The notes below the pieces were generated by a model, which was not told where the DNA came from, searched no databases, and was given only the letters and a program-made list of their open reading frames with translations. The position numbers and the translations under genes were made by a program. Of a DNA stretch of 64,000 bases, positions 1 to 11,413 are shown in pieces. Source of the stretch: Tubiluchus corallicola (lineage: Eukaryota > Animalia > Priapulida); the NCBI GenBank assembly GCA_030141605.1, contig JAQGDQ010000044.1:806001-870000 (forward strand). Reading direction: 5' to 3'. Within the stretch, counting starts at the first letter, position 1. Each line of letters opens with the position of its first letter.

Positions 1-146
1 ATTTATATGTCTGCATCTGCATCTGAGCAGCCTGATTTTCTGCCTGCTCTAATCGGGTTGGCATTTTCAGGCCTCCGTACTTCTTCCAGTATGTCCAGCA
101 GTTGGCACAAACACGACAGTGCAGGTGCGATGCACCCCAAGCATAC
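1..146 (-). CDS. MTA1: MTA coding exon 7 (GATA-type zinc finger), partial
   Basis: ttttcccag acceptor; (W)[33 protein letters not shown]. Confidence 0.93.
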
Positions 147-3100
147 CTGGGAAAAAAAACGTAAATAAAAATAGTGAAGTTCAACACAATAATTGCAGAA
201 GAATTTAAAGTCAACAAACTGATCATTAGTGCCTTGGAATATTTTATACAATTTGCCACTCAGTACGCCAAGTTCAAGCCACTAGTAACAAGGATTATGT
301 ATTTTGACATGCATTTTTGAGGATAGAAGCTTCTCACAGTATCCTTTAAGATGAGAAATTGAACTGCTCATTTTTATTTATTTATTTTTAGTTATTACGA
401 AAACACCAAACAACAATACAATATAGCAAAACACATTACGATGACAAGGTGTACATAAGATTATATAATTACATTAATTTCATAATAAAATTGGCATGAC
501 ATGATATCATTAATGATGCAGGTGTTAGGGTGCAAAAAGGGAAGGTAAAAAATGATGGACTGATAGTGTAGGAGATGGGAATTAGTACGATTAGGTTAGT
601 GAAATGATGTGGATTAGTTGAATATGAGATTGCTATTAAGACATTGCAAAAATATATATATATATTTATGAACAGAAGTACACTATCGGCCAGTCTGTCA
701 CTCACTGTAAATCTGAACATACGCGTGAACATACTATACAAGGTCAACCTTTAATTCGCATTAAAGAATAAAGTTTTCAAACTTTTTTTGAATCTTGGTA
801 ACGACGAAGTTGAATTAGTACTTGCAGGTATTTTGTTCCGCATGGTTATTGTCTCTTTACCACATTTGGAAGCACTTATCTCAAGAAATCTCTGACAGAT
901 AAACCCAATTGCCAAAACAGCTTACCACTGATGTGAAACACTGGTAAAGCAGCTTTCACACGCACGAGAATCGACACCCTCAAATCCATTTCTTTGGCCC
1001 TGAATTGCTGCAGGGTTAGGTTTGTTGTAGTTTGGAATGTACACTTGTTTCAACTTGCTTTCTGCCTCAACGGCTTTTACACGTTTCTGCTGTACATAAC
1101 GGTCTGTTGTTTTCCACATGTAGTAGTATCTGAAATAAAAAAATGGATCACATAGAGTATAAAAAAACATAAAATTTTGAATGATCACCCAACGAAAAGA
1201 TCGACGCTGGTCTCCACCAACTATGGCTTCGAACAATAACCTTTATTGAAAAATACTAAGCTAGAAAATTAATGCAGTGTTTGTGTTCTTTTTAAACAAC
1301 TTTCACTCTTATAATTTCCAAACACACTTTTTTATCAAAAAACCATTTTACCATATTTCCAAGAAACACTTAAGCTCTTAAAAGGTTTTTCAGACCTAAT
1401 ATTATATTACTACTCCTTGCAAAATAAAATTATGGATGTAAAATTGCAATCTAGCACCTGGATGTAAGGTATACCACTAATGTCACACAACTACATAAGG
1501 TAAAAGCAAAAAAACTAACCAGTTCTTCATAATTTTAATGGCTACTCAAGCATCTGTTTATCTTAAGCAACAATTCAATGAACAAACACTTCACAATTAA
1601 ATAGTACAGCAGGAAATAAAGTTAAGATTATATACTAAAGAGTGATTGCTCTGAGTTCTAACAATTTCTCATCATTGTTTCATCTGCCATATTGGTGAAC
1701 TGTTGACAAGTTGGCTTCTGGTAGTGAAATGTCGCAAATCTTAAATCTATAAACCAAATTTTCAACATTACTGTACATGCGCATACTCTATAATGTTCTT
1801 TAAAGATTTCCATGGTAAGAAGTCTTGTCTAATGTCACCAAAATCTTTTCCGTATTTCTCAATGGCTTCTTCAAAAAGATTTGCTTCGGCAGCCGACCAC
1901 TCCTCCATTTCATCGCGACACAAGACTGGGCCACTTGGTGGCACAAGTGTTGAAATTGCCTTTGAGAGATCGTAACCTATAAAAAATACACTCTAGCAAG
2001 ACGTTGTTAACCGCAAAAAAAATTAAAAGTACATTATTGTATTAATGTACACAAAAGTGCATTAATTATAATAACTGCAAACAGGTTAACTAAACTGTGT
2101 AAATAAAATTTAGCTATATTTTTCTATCTAATAAAAAATACCACTCTATAAATTACAGAAAAGTAACAACATGAGACAGGCTTTCCAACGTTCACTACGT
2201 TTCAAACTTCAATTATAGAAACCTTGATAAAATCCTCAAAAATCATACTCACTGCTAACACATACTGTGTTTTAAATATAGTAATTTTTAAATAAAAACT
2301 GTCATTTCAAAGGCACCTTTACACTAACAACCAATAAATTGGTTGGTTACTATTAATTTAAGCAAGCTTAGACAAATTTTTTTAAGTTATATCGGATACA
2401 GTATATAGTTGCAGCTAGTACTTTGGCCAGAAATCTAAGCTCTCTAAAGCTAATACAGTAGGTGTCACTTAATAGACTCACTTTGGGACCGAAGTGTTTT
2501 TGTCCAATTAACCGACTGAACCTATTAACCGATGGGTACAGTATTACTGGTATAGAAGTATGAGTCAACAGCTTACTATGCACTGCAAATGTTTTAATGA
2601 ATTTTAATGGATCTGCTGTTGTATGATCACGCATAAATTTTCGAAAGAAATACTTAGTGTTTGGCGTGCTTAAACTGTTAGTGGTGCCCGTGTTTCCCCG
2701 CAAGTAGCTTCGTCGGTAGGTTCGCCTAAGCTCCTGCTTGCTATAATTGTGACATACTTACTGTACTGTGTAACTACGGCCAAATCACGTTGAAAACACC
2801 GGTTCTCATCTGATCACCGAAGTTAAGCAACATAGAGCCTGGTTAGTGCGCCTAGGAATACCAGGTGCTGTAGGCTTGCGGGATGCCCACACTGTATCTC
2901 GACACTAGGCAAGGAGCTGCACAAGCAGCCAAAGACTAGAGGGCGGAGGAGGTCAAGTGACTCAATGGCCATGTGTAGAGGAGTAAACCTTCCAAATCAG
3001 GAGTGGAGCCCCGAAGGCGGACCAGTGTGCAGTGTGCTCACTGACTCCGGCAGCTCCTGCAGCCAACTTGGTGCCAAACGTATCGCCCCGCTTTCCTTTG

Positions 3101-6100
3101 GACTACACCAGGGATGCCAGCAACTGTACTGTACCTGCATCCAGCAACATCTAACTGATAAGACATTCTGGCAAAAATAGTCAGAGCTTCAAAAACAAAT
3201 CGCTAAGCAAGTGACTAAATGTTTAGCTTTCAAGAATTCTTGGGTAACCAGGTTAATTGCAGTGGCCAGGCGGGTCAAAGCAAACCATTAGGCTAGCATA
3301 TTAGCATATGATAAACGTTCCTGCTTATAAACAAAACGGTACTTAACATGATTGTTTCTTATGTATATTATAGGACAAAAGCGAACTAAGATGATATAAA
3401 AGTCATAAAAGCTTATTAATCATGGGAAAGTGTCTTATTGAATCATGTGAAGCAAAAATATTGATTCAATTATGCAGAGTTATTTAAGTCAATTACCGAC
3501 AGTATTTATGTACATTTCAATAGAAGTGGCCCGTACCAGGCGTTTTTGAGTCAATTAATTGATTGAGTCTATTAACCGTGAGTCAATTAAGTGCACCTAC
3601 TGTATCAATTTAATAACCCGCGCCTACAAAGTTATTAAAACAGAAAAGAAATATTAGCAAACTAATCAACTAAGGTGTTTACCGGACAAGTGCAATACAT
3701 TCATTGCATGGAATAAAGTTACATCTCTAGAAGCAGCAGCCGCGCTCATGTGCAGACTCGGCTGTTTGACCGTACTAGAACAATCTAAAGCACGAGCAAA
3801 TGTTCCCACTGACCGAGCAATGACCATAAACTGGTCAATTTGAATATCAGATAATGGATTCTCTGGCGTGTAAATAAGACTTTCCAGTTCAGACACAACA
3901 CGATTGTCAGATTCACCTAAAAACAGACAAACACATTAGTACAGCAAGTCTTCACTTAACGACGCTAATGCACTCCAGCAAAATGTGACATTAAGCGAAA
4001 CGTCGTTAAACGAAACCAAGACTTCCATGGAAAGTAATGTAAAAGAATTGAGATACGTTCCAGAAGCAAAAATCGATGCTGCTTAAATTGTATACATCAA
4101 ATGTTTTATGAGTTTTATTCATATTTCTACTGATTAATTGCCAGAAACCATCTATCTTTCTTACCAAAATCTAGCTAGACTGGATATGGGTCTATTGAAA
4201 CCTGTATACAGACAGTTCACATTTAAACAATGCAAAGAGAAGGCCTAGCCCTGCATGAAGCCATCTTGAGGCAATTTCAGGAAGTATTAATCTGGTTGTT
4301 ATAGCAACAAGTTGCACACAAAATTCCTTGGCATCAAGTTTAAACTCAGGTGTCTGGAGACTGGATCGGCAAATAGATCTTCATACAAGCGGCTAGAATT
4401 TAGTACGCAGATAGTTGGGAACCAAAAGCATTATAATAATTACACTGTTTGGGTTACTAATGTGCTTTTAGAACAAAATTATGCAATTTGCATGGCTTTT
4501 ATACTCCAAATTAGGCAAAAAAAAGTTGTTGATAAAAAATGGTTGTCAGCAACTTAAAAAATCGTCTTTAAAACGAAACGTGTGTCGTTAAGTGAGAAAA
4601 TGGTGTCAAATGTTCAGCGGTGTTAAAACGAAACGTTGTTAAACGGGGAGTCGTTAAGCAAGGACTTGCTGTAAATGAGAACTGAAAAGATATGGCTTCA
4701 GAATAACAAGAAAGCTCTGAGGGCATTGTGTTCCGTGCAGATTGATTTGTGACATTTTGTTGCTATTTTCTCCCTTTCAAGTGCAAAAAGGAAAAGCTGA
4801 CTAAATCACTGCACACGAAGCCATATCATAGTGCGATATCACGAACATTTCAGTGTTTTCTGAACTTAATCATGCGCTGAGTTGTCTGTATTTTTCAGAT
4901 TAATGCAAATATATGTCATGTAAGCGAAGATCTTGGATAATCTATGACTTCATGCACCATTTTAATTCCTTTCTTTTTGCATTCAGTTGTCTCTGAAGTT
5001 TATACACTTGTCAAAGGCTCACTAAAACAATCTAGTAGAAAAAGCCTTCTGACTGCTTTTTTGCACTTTTTTTCTGAACTTTTTTAGTAAAAAACAGATC
5101 TGGCAATTGATAAGCGCACAAAAGCAGATGAGTCAAAATATTTTAGAGTGAAGACAATGTTGCGAGGTGCAACAAACATAAAACATATTGCAATAAAACA
5201 TCTCAGAAATGTGTTCAATACCGATATTACGATTCTTGTTTTTAGGCTGGTAAATTATAAGAAATATTTACATCAATTGCAAAACACACATTGCTTGAAT
5301 GTAACAACTGAAAAGCTTATTCTCACAAAAAGTAATTTATGTAACATTAAATTACCTTCTCCAAGAAGGTTTTGTATCTCAGCTTGGAAGTTGCTCCCAA
5401 CACGTATTTCTCCTTTATCAGCTAGCAAAGTTTTCTGCGTCGGATCATAGACTAATGAGTAGAAGAAAGCATCATCTCTGTCTAAGTAGCTGTTCAACGA
5501 TTCAGTCTCATTTAGTAAGGCAACCGAGCATTTACCTCTGATATGTGTGGCAGGGAGTGTTTCAACCTAAATACAAAATAAATTGTGATAAGCACAGTTT
5601 AGATTGTTGTAACTTGAGCTTGTTAACGAAGTTATATTGAAGTTCATTTCTGAACAAATTCTGAAAGTAAGCAATTAATCAAGTTAAGCATTTTATCATT
5701 ACTAGGGTTCAATCAAAAAATGCTTCTTAATAGTGTTTCCATGGGTACAATGCACCCAAGTAATTCATCACATTGTTTACTACCAGTGCCTGATAGTTCT
5801 ACCCAATTCACACAATGAAAATGCAAACGTTATTGTTAAGACGATATTGATCATTTAAGAATTTAAAATATAAAGGCCACCTTCTGCTGCACACTTCTGC
5901 AGTAACAGACAATTAACTGCTGCCTTGGCAGTGCCCAAGGCTAACAGCCAGATGACAGATGACGCCACTTTTGACATAGAGGTGACTTACAAAAAACAAT
6001 TCATTACGATGAGGCTAACTATCCAAATAAAACTATTTATTAAAGGAAAAGCTGATGATTGTTTAGACTCAATCTCATTTTAATTTACTGTCCAAAATAT

Positions 6101-8019
6101 AAATTTTCTTGCCAATGAAAGTTAGCAATTGTCTCTTATATTTGAATAATAAGCTTAGAAAGTTAATTAATGGCAACCAAACACAACTATTGCTTACGTC
6201 AGAAACTAATCACAGTTTGGGCAATGGCAGGTATCTTCCCTTGCGTGTCAAGCACATTTACAGTGTTATAGTACTGCGATGTCACGAAAATGGGCTCTAT
6301 GTCATATGACGTCAGAAACTAACACTGCAGTTCATGATCATGGTTGTCACGGTAACGCCTTCTATTTGGCGGTCACATGCATGTGACAAAAAGGCGCTGT
6401 TGCCAATCTTAGTAGATTCACTGAGCCGTGCATAGCTTTGAAAGTTTAACAAAATTTGAGTATCCAAGGCAATTATTATTTAATCTCAGCTTTGATTTAA
6501 GAAAAGCTATTATAGTTTTCAATATTTTAGAGCACACTTTATTCTGAACTAATGTTTACCCAATCGTCCGGTTTTCCTTTAACAATTAAAAACCTATTTC
6601 ACATCACTAACAATGATATGAATACTCGGATTTTTTAGTTTAACAACACACAAAAAGGATAATATTGATTATTTCATTCCCCTAGCCTCTACAAGTATTA
6701 ATAGACCTCAGCACAGTACCTAGGCTGACATATCTGACTCACTGATAAAAGCGTGTAATTAAGTAGTTCAGGAGTCTGACAGAATAAAACAGCCAAATAT
6801 GGCATGAAGCAAAACATTAACTTTCGTGAGTTTCAGCTCACGAGTTGTCCCTCAGCATGCAATAAATGAATGCTTGTTGTTAATGTAACAGTGCAGTTAG
6901 TTGACATATACCAACGTTGCTTTTATTTTAATAATATAAATGACTTTAATTTCTTCACTGCTGTTGTATCTTAACAATTGTGCACCCAGGTACCCGACAA
7001 TAATAATAATAATAATAATAATAATAGTAATTTTATCTTCCTCCATAAATATACAATGATTTGACAATAAAATACACAAAAATACAAACGAACATAGGAA
7101 AAAGGGTGGCGAAAAACCAAAGGTTATCGAGTCAACCACCCTTCTCAAAGGACAGTAAACAAAAGGATGCTAATGACACTAGACACAACTATATTAAAAA
7201 ATACATAAACGTGCAGAAATACAAAAACAAAAATACAACAGCAAAAAAAATCAAAAACCAAAAACCATGACAAATTTGCAAACTACTAAGCAACTCATAG
7301 AAAGTGAGTTTGCACCTTATAAAAAATGTTTTTTATAAGGTGTAAGGAAAATGGTATCGGTGTTAGATTTCTTCTGCACTTGTAAACACTACTTCCTAAT
7401 ATTACATTTTGATACTAAGACCTTACACAAAGTTAATTCCTGAGAAATTATGAACAGATTCAGTAAAACTAAGTGGTTGGAACAAACCTGTAAACATGAA
7501 AACTGTGAAAGCATTAAAAATAGATAAAACTGTTTTGATAAAAATGCTAATCTACTACTATAACACATCTTAACTGCATAAATAATAAATACACAGCTAA
7601 ATAATAAAAAAATTGACAATTGCTTACCTGTCGGGAAAGAAAAAGTTCGCGATGCCGCAACTGATGGCTCTGTTTTTCAGACAGTTTATCATCATGCTCT
7701 TCTTCAAGAGCACTCTGATGTTTATCTGCCAGCATAAGCAGGCCTCCGGATATGTCCCGACGTCGATAAAAGCACATAACTTTAGCTTCAACATTTCCTG
7801 CAAAAACAGGTTGAGTAGCCAGTATAGCAACAATAACTTGGGCATATTTTCTACGTGCTTATCAGTGTGCAAGGATACATGCAGGAAATATTTTAAAAAA
7901 GTGTTCTACTTGCCCGTTTGTGTTTTATTAAGTTCTTCTATTCTGCGAATGAGGAATGGCGATGTTGAGGACGTCTCGAAGAAAACGTAATCGCCGACTC
8001 GATACATGTTTGCTGCCAT
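1..8019 (-). CDS. MTA1: Metastasis-associated protein MTA1/2/3 family (NuRD subunit; BAH-ELM2-SANT-GATA zinc finger), 3'-truncated by the window edge. Coding exons 8019-7914, 7797-7628, 5566-5356, 3916-3683, 1976-1787, 1129-926, 146-<1
   Basis: The spliced translation is [51 protein letters not shown]...[23 protein letters not shown]...[18 protein letters not shown]...[19 protein letters not shown]...[27 protein letters not shown]...[32 protein letters not shown]...CESC...[21 protein letters not shown], matching hallmark MTA motifs. Intron phases are consistent (1,0,1,1,2,2). Confidence 0.97.
926..1129 (-). CDS. MTA1: MTA coding exon 6
   Basis: [39 protein letters not shown]...ACESC; AG/GT boundaries. 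Confidence 0.95.
1787..1976 (-). CDS. MTA1: MTA coding exon 5 (SANT)
   Basis: [49 protein letters not shown]; AG/GT boundaries. Confidence 0.95.
2770..3122 (+). mobile_element. 5S-rRNA-derived SINE (SINE3-like): 5S head plus a ~245-nt GC-rich body
   Basis: The 5S-like head (2772-2877) runs straight into GC-rich non-5S sequence with no oligo-T terminator. A 10-bp direct repeat ACTGTACTGT at 2760-2769 and 3123-3132 is a candidate target-site duplication. Confidence 0.7.
2772..2877 (+). pseudogene. 5S rRNA-derived sequence with an internal deletion (most of Box C lost)
   Basis: CTACGGCCAAATCACGTTGAAAACACCGGTTCTCATCTGATCACCGAAGTTAAGCAACATAGAGCCTGGTTAGT/GCGCCTAGGAATACCAGGTGCTGTAGGCTT matches invertebrate 5S rRNA but lacks about 15 nt (ACTTGGATGGGTGAC). 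Confidence 0.9.
3683..3916 (-). CDS. MTA1: MTA coding exon 4 (ELM2)
   Basis: [46 protein letters not shown]; AG/GT boundaries. Confidence 0.95.
3942..4671. mobile_element. Tigger/pogo-like MITE (ends resemble the MER82 type) in MTA intron 3
   Basis: Left end CAGCAAGTCTTCACTTAACGAC; right end reverse-complements to CAGCAAGTCCTTGCTTAACGAC. TA on both flanks. Subterminal AACGAAACG/CGTTAA repeats. A related end fragment lies near 11757. Confidence 0.82.
5356..5566 (-). CDS. MTA1: MTA coding exon 3 (end of BAH, start of ELM2)
   Basis: [23 protein letters not shown]...[18 protein letters not shown]; AG/GT boundaries. Confidence 0.95.
7000..7260 (-). mobile_element. Probable L2/CR1-type LINE (or SINE) 3' end with (ATT)n tail
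   Basis: On the minus strand, a stem-loop AGGGTGG...CCACCCT is followed by T-rich sequence and an (ATT)n tail at 7000-7027. Confidence 0.45.
7628..7797 (-). CDS. MTA1: MTA coding exon 2
   Basis: tttttgcag acceptor, (G)[20 protein letters not shown]...RELFLSRQ, gtaagc donor. Confidence 0.95.
7914..8019 (-). CDS. MTA1: MTA coding exon 1 (start of BAH domain)
   Basis: ATG at 8019; [35 protein letters not shown]+G; followed by a GCAAGT donor. Confidence 0.93.
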
Positions 8020-8828
8020 GTTGCTTGTTGTTCACGAGCTGCAATAACATTCAACATAGGTGTAGTAGCAGCCTGAGTAATAGCCTAATATGTCGTTCGA
8101 GAAACCCAGTGAAATGATTTGCTTAACCTATAGTTGAATTTCATTTTGGGAAAGAAGACAAAGCTCAGCAAAGTAATCACTTATAATGCACTGATTTATA
8201 AAACTAAAATTTTCAAATTTTTCTTTTTCAATTTTATTTTAAAGTATTGCCTATATTATGACAGATCATAAGCTATTGCTGAACTGCACGTAATACATAG
8301 GAAAGATTTATGCAGAAGTGAAAAGCGGATACGAAGCAAACTTAAAACAGAAAATGATCAGTGAAGTGACATATAGCAGGCCAGCACGACCCATCATTGG
8401 TGCAAGTTCGATGAAAGCCAACGATGCTGAAGGACTCGTCTCCAGTAATCTCACCGTTCATAGTCAGCTTTTATGTTCATGTAAATTATTTCATTTTAAT
8501 GTGCGAATAAAAAATTGAATTGAATTGTACAATAGGAGTAGCTTAACCAACGATGAATTACGGATGTGGAAAAGTTACAAGTGAGAACATTAATATTATA
8601 GACGCAAATTAAATGAAATTAAAATGCATAACAATATGGTTACCAGCGTGTAATTAAGTGTAGCTTTTCCTCTTACAAATAAGGAAAATGCAAATAAAAT
8701 CGCAGTCTCACAAAAACTTTTTGTTAACACATTTCTTTATGAAAATTCTATATTAAGAAACAAGAGAACATTCAAAAAAACTGTTCACTTATTGAAGCCG
8801 AAGCGCATTGTGGGAATTTGTTTACAAG
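8020..8828. promoter_or_regulatory. Divergent (bidirectional) promoter/5'UTR region between MTA and the SRPBCC gene
   Basis: Head-to-head ATGs at 8019 (-) and 8829 (+). ZNF143/Staf-like TTCCCACAATGC on the minus strand at 8805-8816. YY1-like CAAGATGG overlaps the plus-strand ATG. Confidence 0.6.
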
Positions 8829-11326
8829 ATGGAGTAAGCGGTTACTATGTTTTTATCTCATCTATCCTGTTATAGATTTTTATTTTATAGCAAATAAATT
8901 GCATGACAGTTTGTTACTTTTTACACGTTTTATTGTTGCATGACCGTCAGTTTGTTATGAGCAACATTTTAAGAGTAAACAGACTGATTCGAATACACTT
9001 ACTATGACCTACAATACTGGTTTTGCTTTGGCTTGGAGTAGTACCGTACAATCGTAGCAGCAGTAATACTGCAAGCGTAAAGCCCTGAGCTTGTGTGTGA
9101 CACTAATAAGTATTTTATTTAATAATTGCACAACTTATTGTAGTTCAGTAGATGACTCTGGGTTAGGAGATCAGCTAAAAATTGTAAAGAATAATTGTCG
9201 TGGAAGCGCATGTGGTGATGCAGAGAATATCCACAAAACTGAAAACATGGTTGCTGTTGAGGAAAAAAATGATAACTGCGGAAAGCATTTCGAAAGCAAG
9301 AACAGTGAAGAGAAGAAAACCAGTGACATAAAAAGTCAACCAAAAGCAGAGAATATGAATGATGAAGAAGAGCATAAGAAGTCAAAAGTGGAACCAAAAG
9401 ATTGTGAGGATACAAAATCAGACAACTTGAAAGAAGCCACTGAGAATGACGAAGTACTATACGAAACGGCTGATGACAACGAAGTGCATTTGAAAAAATC
9501 ATGGAAGGAGGGATACTTGTATGTAATTTGCAGCTAAATTTCAGATAATGAAAATTTGTATACACCTTATATTTTATATAAACATTCACTTTCTTCATTT
9601 AGAAATTAGGGTTTTAATCAATATGCATATGTGGCTGCACTTTTTTTAAAGTCTACGTAGAACTCTGTCTTACCTTAACTTGAGTTGCCTGTGATATTCA
9701 TTAACGTCCACAAATCAGTGAAGTCACTCCAGTACTTTTTTATTGTGGTATCGAGTAACAGCACTTGTTTATTTTTACACACTACAAGAACTTCTGAACT
9801 AGTCAGTCCAGTTTGTACGGACCTGTCAGCCTCAAGATGCAGCAAATCTGGATATTTCTCAAAGGGTTAAAAAGCCTGTATGTTTCTTAAAAAAGCCCGG
9901 ACTCTTTGTACTCCAGATTTTTTTGACATCCACTTGTTAAAAAAGTGAAGCTACCACATCATAGATTATATTTAAGATCAATAATAACTTGGCCATTCCA
10001 AAATTTTTGAATCATAATATCCTGTTCAAAAAAATTGACTGGGCACTGATTGCAATAAAATGAGACAGTTTTTGGGTTCTTTTCATTGTGAAATGAGCTT
10101 ATTTAAGTTATTACAGGCTGCTCAGATGTGGCGGCATTCTAAACTACTTTGTGAAAGAAAAATTTGGTATTTTTTAGTTTTAATTAGTATAGCTGGTGGC
10201 CAAATTCTGCATAATGTGTACTGCATTTTTCTTTATTTTTTGATAATAGGTATTATATTAATTGTTTCAATGCAGCAGAGAAATTAGCTAAAACTTCATA
10301 GCGTAGTGCTGTGTATTTTGTTTAGCATGGACCAGTTTTCGCAAATTTTAATTTTTGCCTGTCAATTATCATTAAAAACAAAACTTAGTGGAATTTGCAG
10401 GGCTTGAAAAGATCTACAAAATGGTATAAAGTTTGTATGTTTAGCGCATTTTCAAAAAAAGTACAGTCAAAGAGTGGACATTTTTGCATAGTTACTAATG
10501 CCATATTTAATCAAGGTTGGTTTCACTACATTATGTGAAAAATTTGTGACTATTTTATAAACTGCAGCTCTAGACTCCTATGTAGAGCTTTTTGTATACT
10601 TGACGAGAACTTTCGACCAAGTAAACAACTGATACCTTTTCAGAAAAATGCCAAGTTGGAAGTTTGTTGTTCCCAGCTGTATTATTGTTGCTGTCATGGC
10701 CGTCCTCGCACAAATCGAGTTTCCAACACAACTAATCCTGCTGGAAAAAACAGTAGCACTACCTGCAACTATTGATGAGGTATTTAACATGGTTTCCGAT
10801 CTTGAAAAGTTGCCTGAGGTTTGTATCAATCTGTTAACTTTGTCAATCTGAAATAAACGTTTATTAATCGTAAAGGAGTTAATCAATTTACAAACATTAC
10901 ATTGCTTTATCTTGTATATGCCAAGCTGTTTGTTTTTGTGAACTCTCTTTCTAATGTCATGGTCTAGTTTTTATAAAAGGTTTAAGGTTTACATTAATGC
11001 TCTTGATAATAAAAAGCTCTATGAAACTACTTATACTGGTAGCATAGTTCTAATGGAATATCATAGACTTTAAGGATTATCATAGACTCACTGATTGTTT
11101 GTTTAAAAGCTACTGTAATGCTTGTATCACGCAAGACTCTTGCATTATTTGAGTGTAACATTTACAATAACACCTGCGTCATGTTGAATATTTTATTCTT
11201 CCGGTGGCTGCCACATTTACGACCTTACAGATTTTTTGTGGCAGTCTCCTTGACATGTCGTTACATTGTATACGTAATATTTTACATCGAATATTGTAAA
11301 AATAAATTGTCTACTATTACTACTAT

Positions 11327-11413
<87 letters not shown>

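Larger units (their letters stand above)
2456..3602. mobile_element. Tc1/mariner (pogo/Tigger-like) MITE in MTA intron 4, containing a nested SINE
   Basis: Left end CAGTAGGTGTCACTTAATAGACTCAC; right end reverse-complements to CAGTAGGTGCACTTAATTGACTCAC. TA flanks both sides (2454-2455, 3603-3604). GAGTC(A/T)ATTAA is repeated subterminally. Confidence 0.8.

Noticed and set aside
1600-1740. Intronic C/D box snoRNA (ATGATGA on the MTA sense strand)
   Set aside because: No suitably placed D box (CTGA) or terminal stem.
2772-2877. Functional 5S rRNA gene
   Set aside because: Most of Box C is deleted, there are substitutions, no T-run terminator, and it is a single copy inside a MITE.
9119-9598. 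159-aa antisense ORF (and other antisense ORFs over exons, e.g. 7613-7990, 10578-10886)
   Set aside because: These are shadow ORFs of real exons on the opposite strand, with no recognisable protein features.
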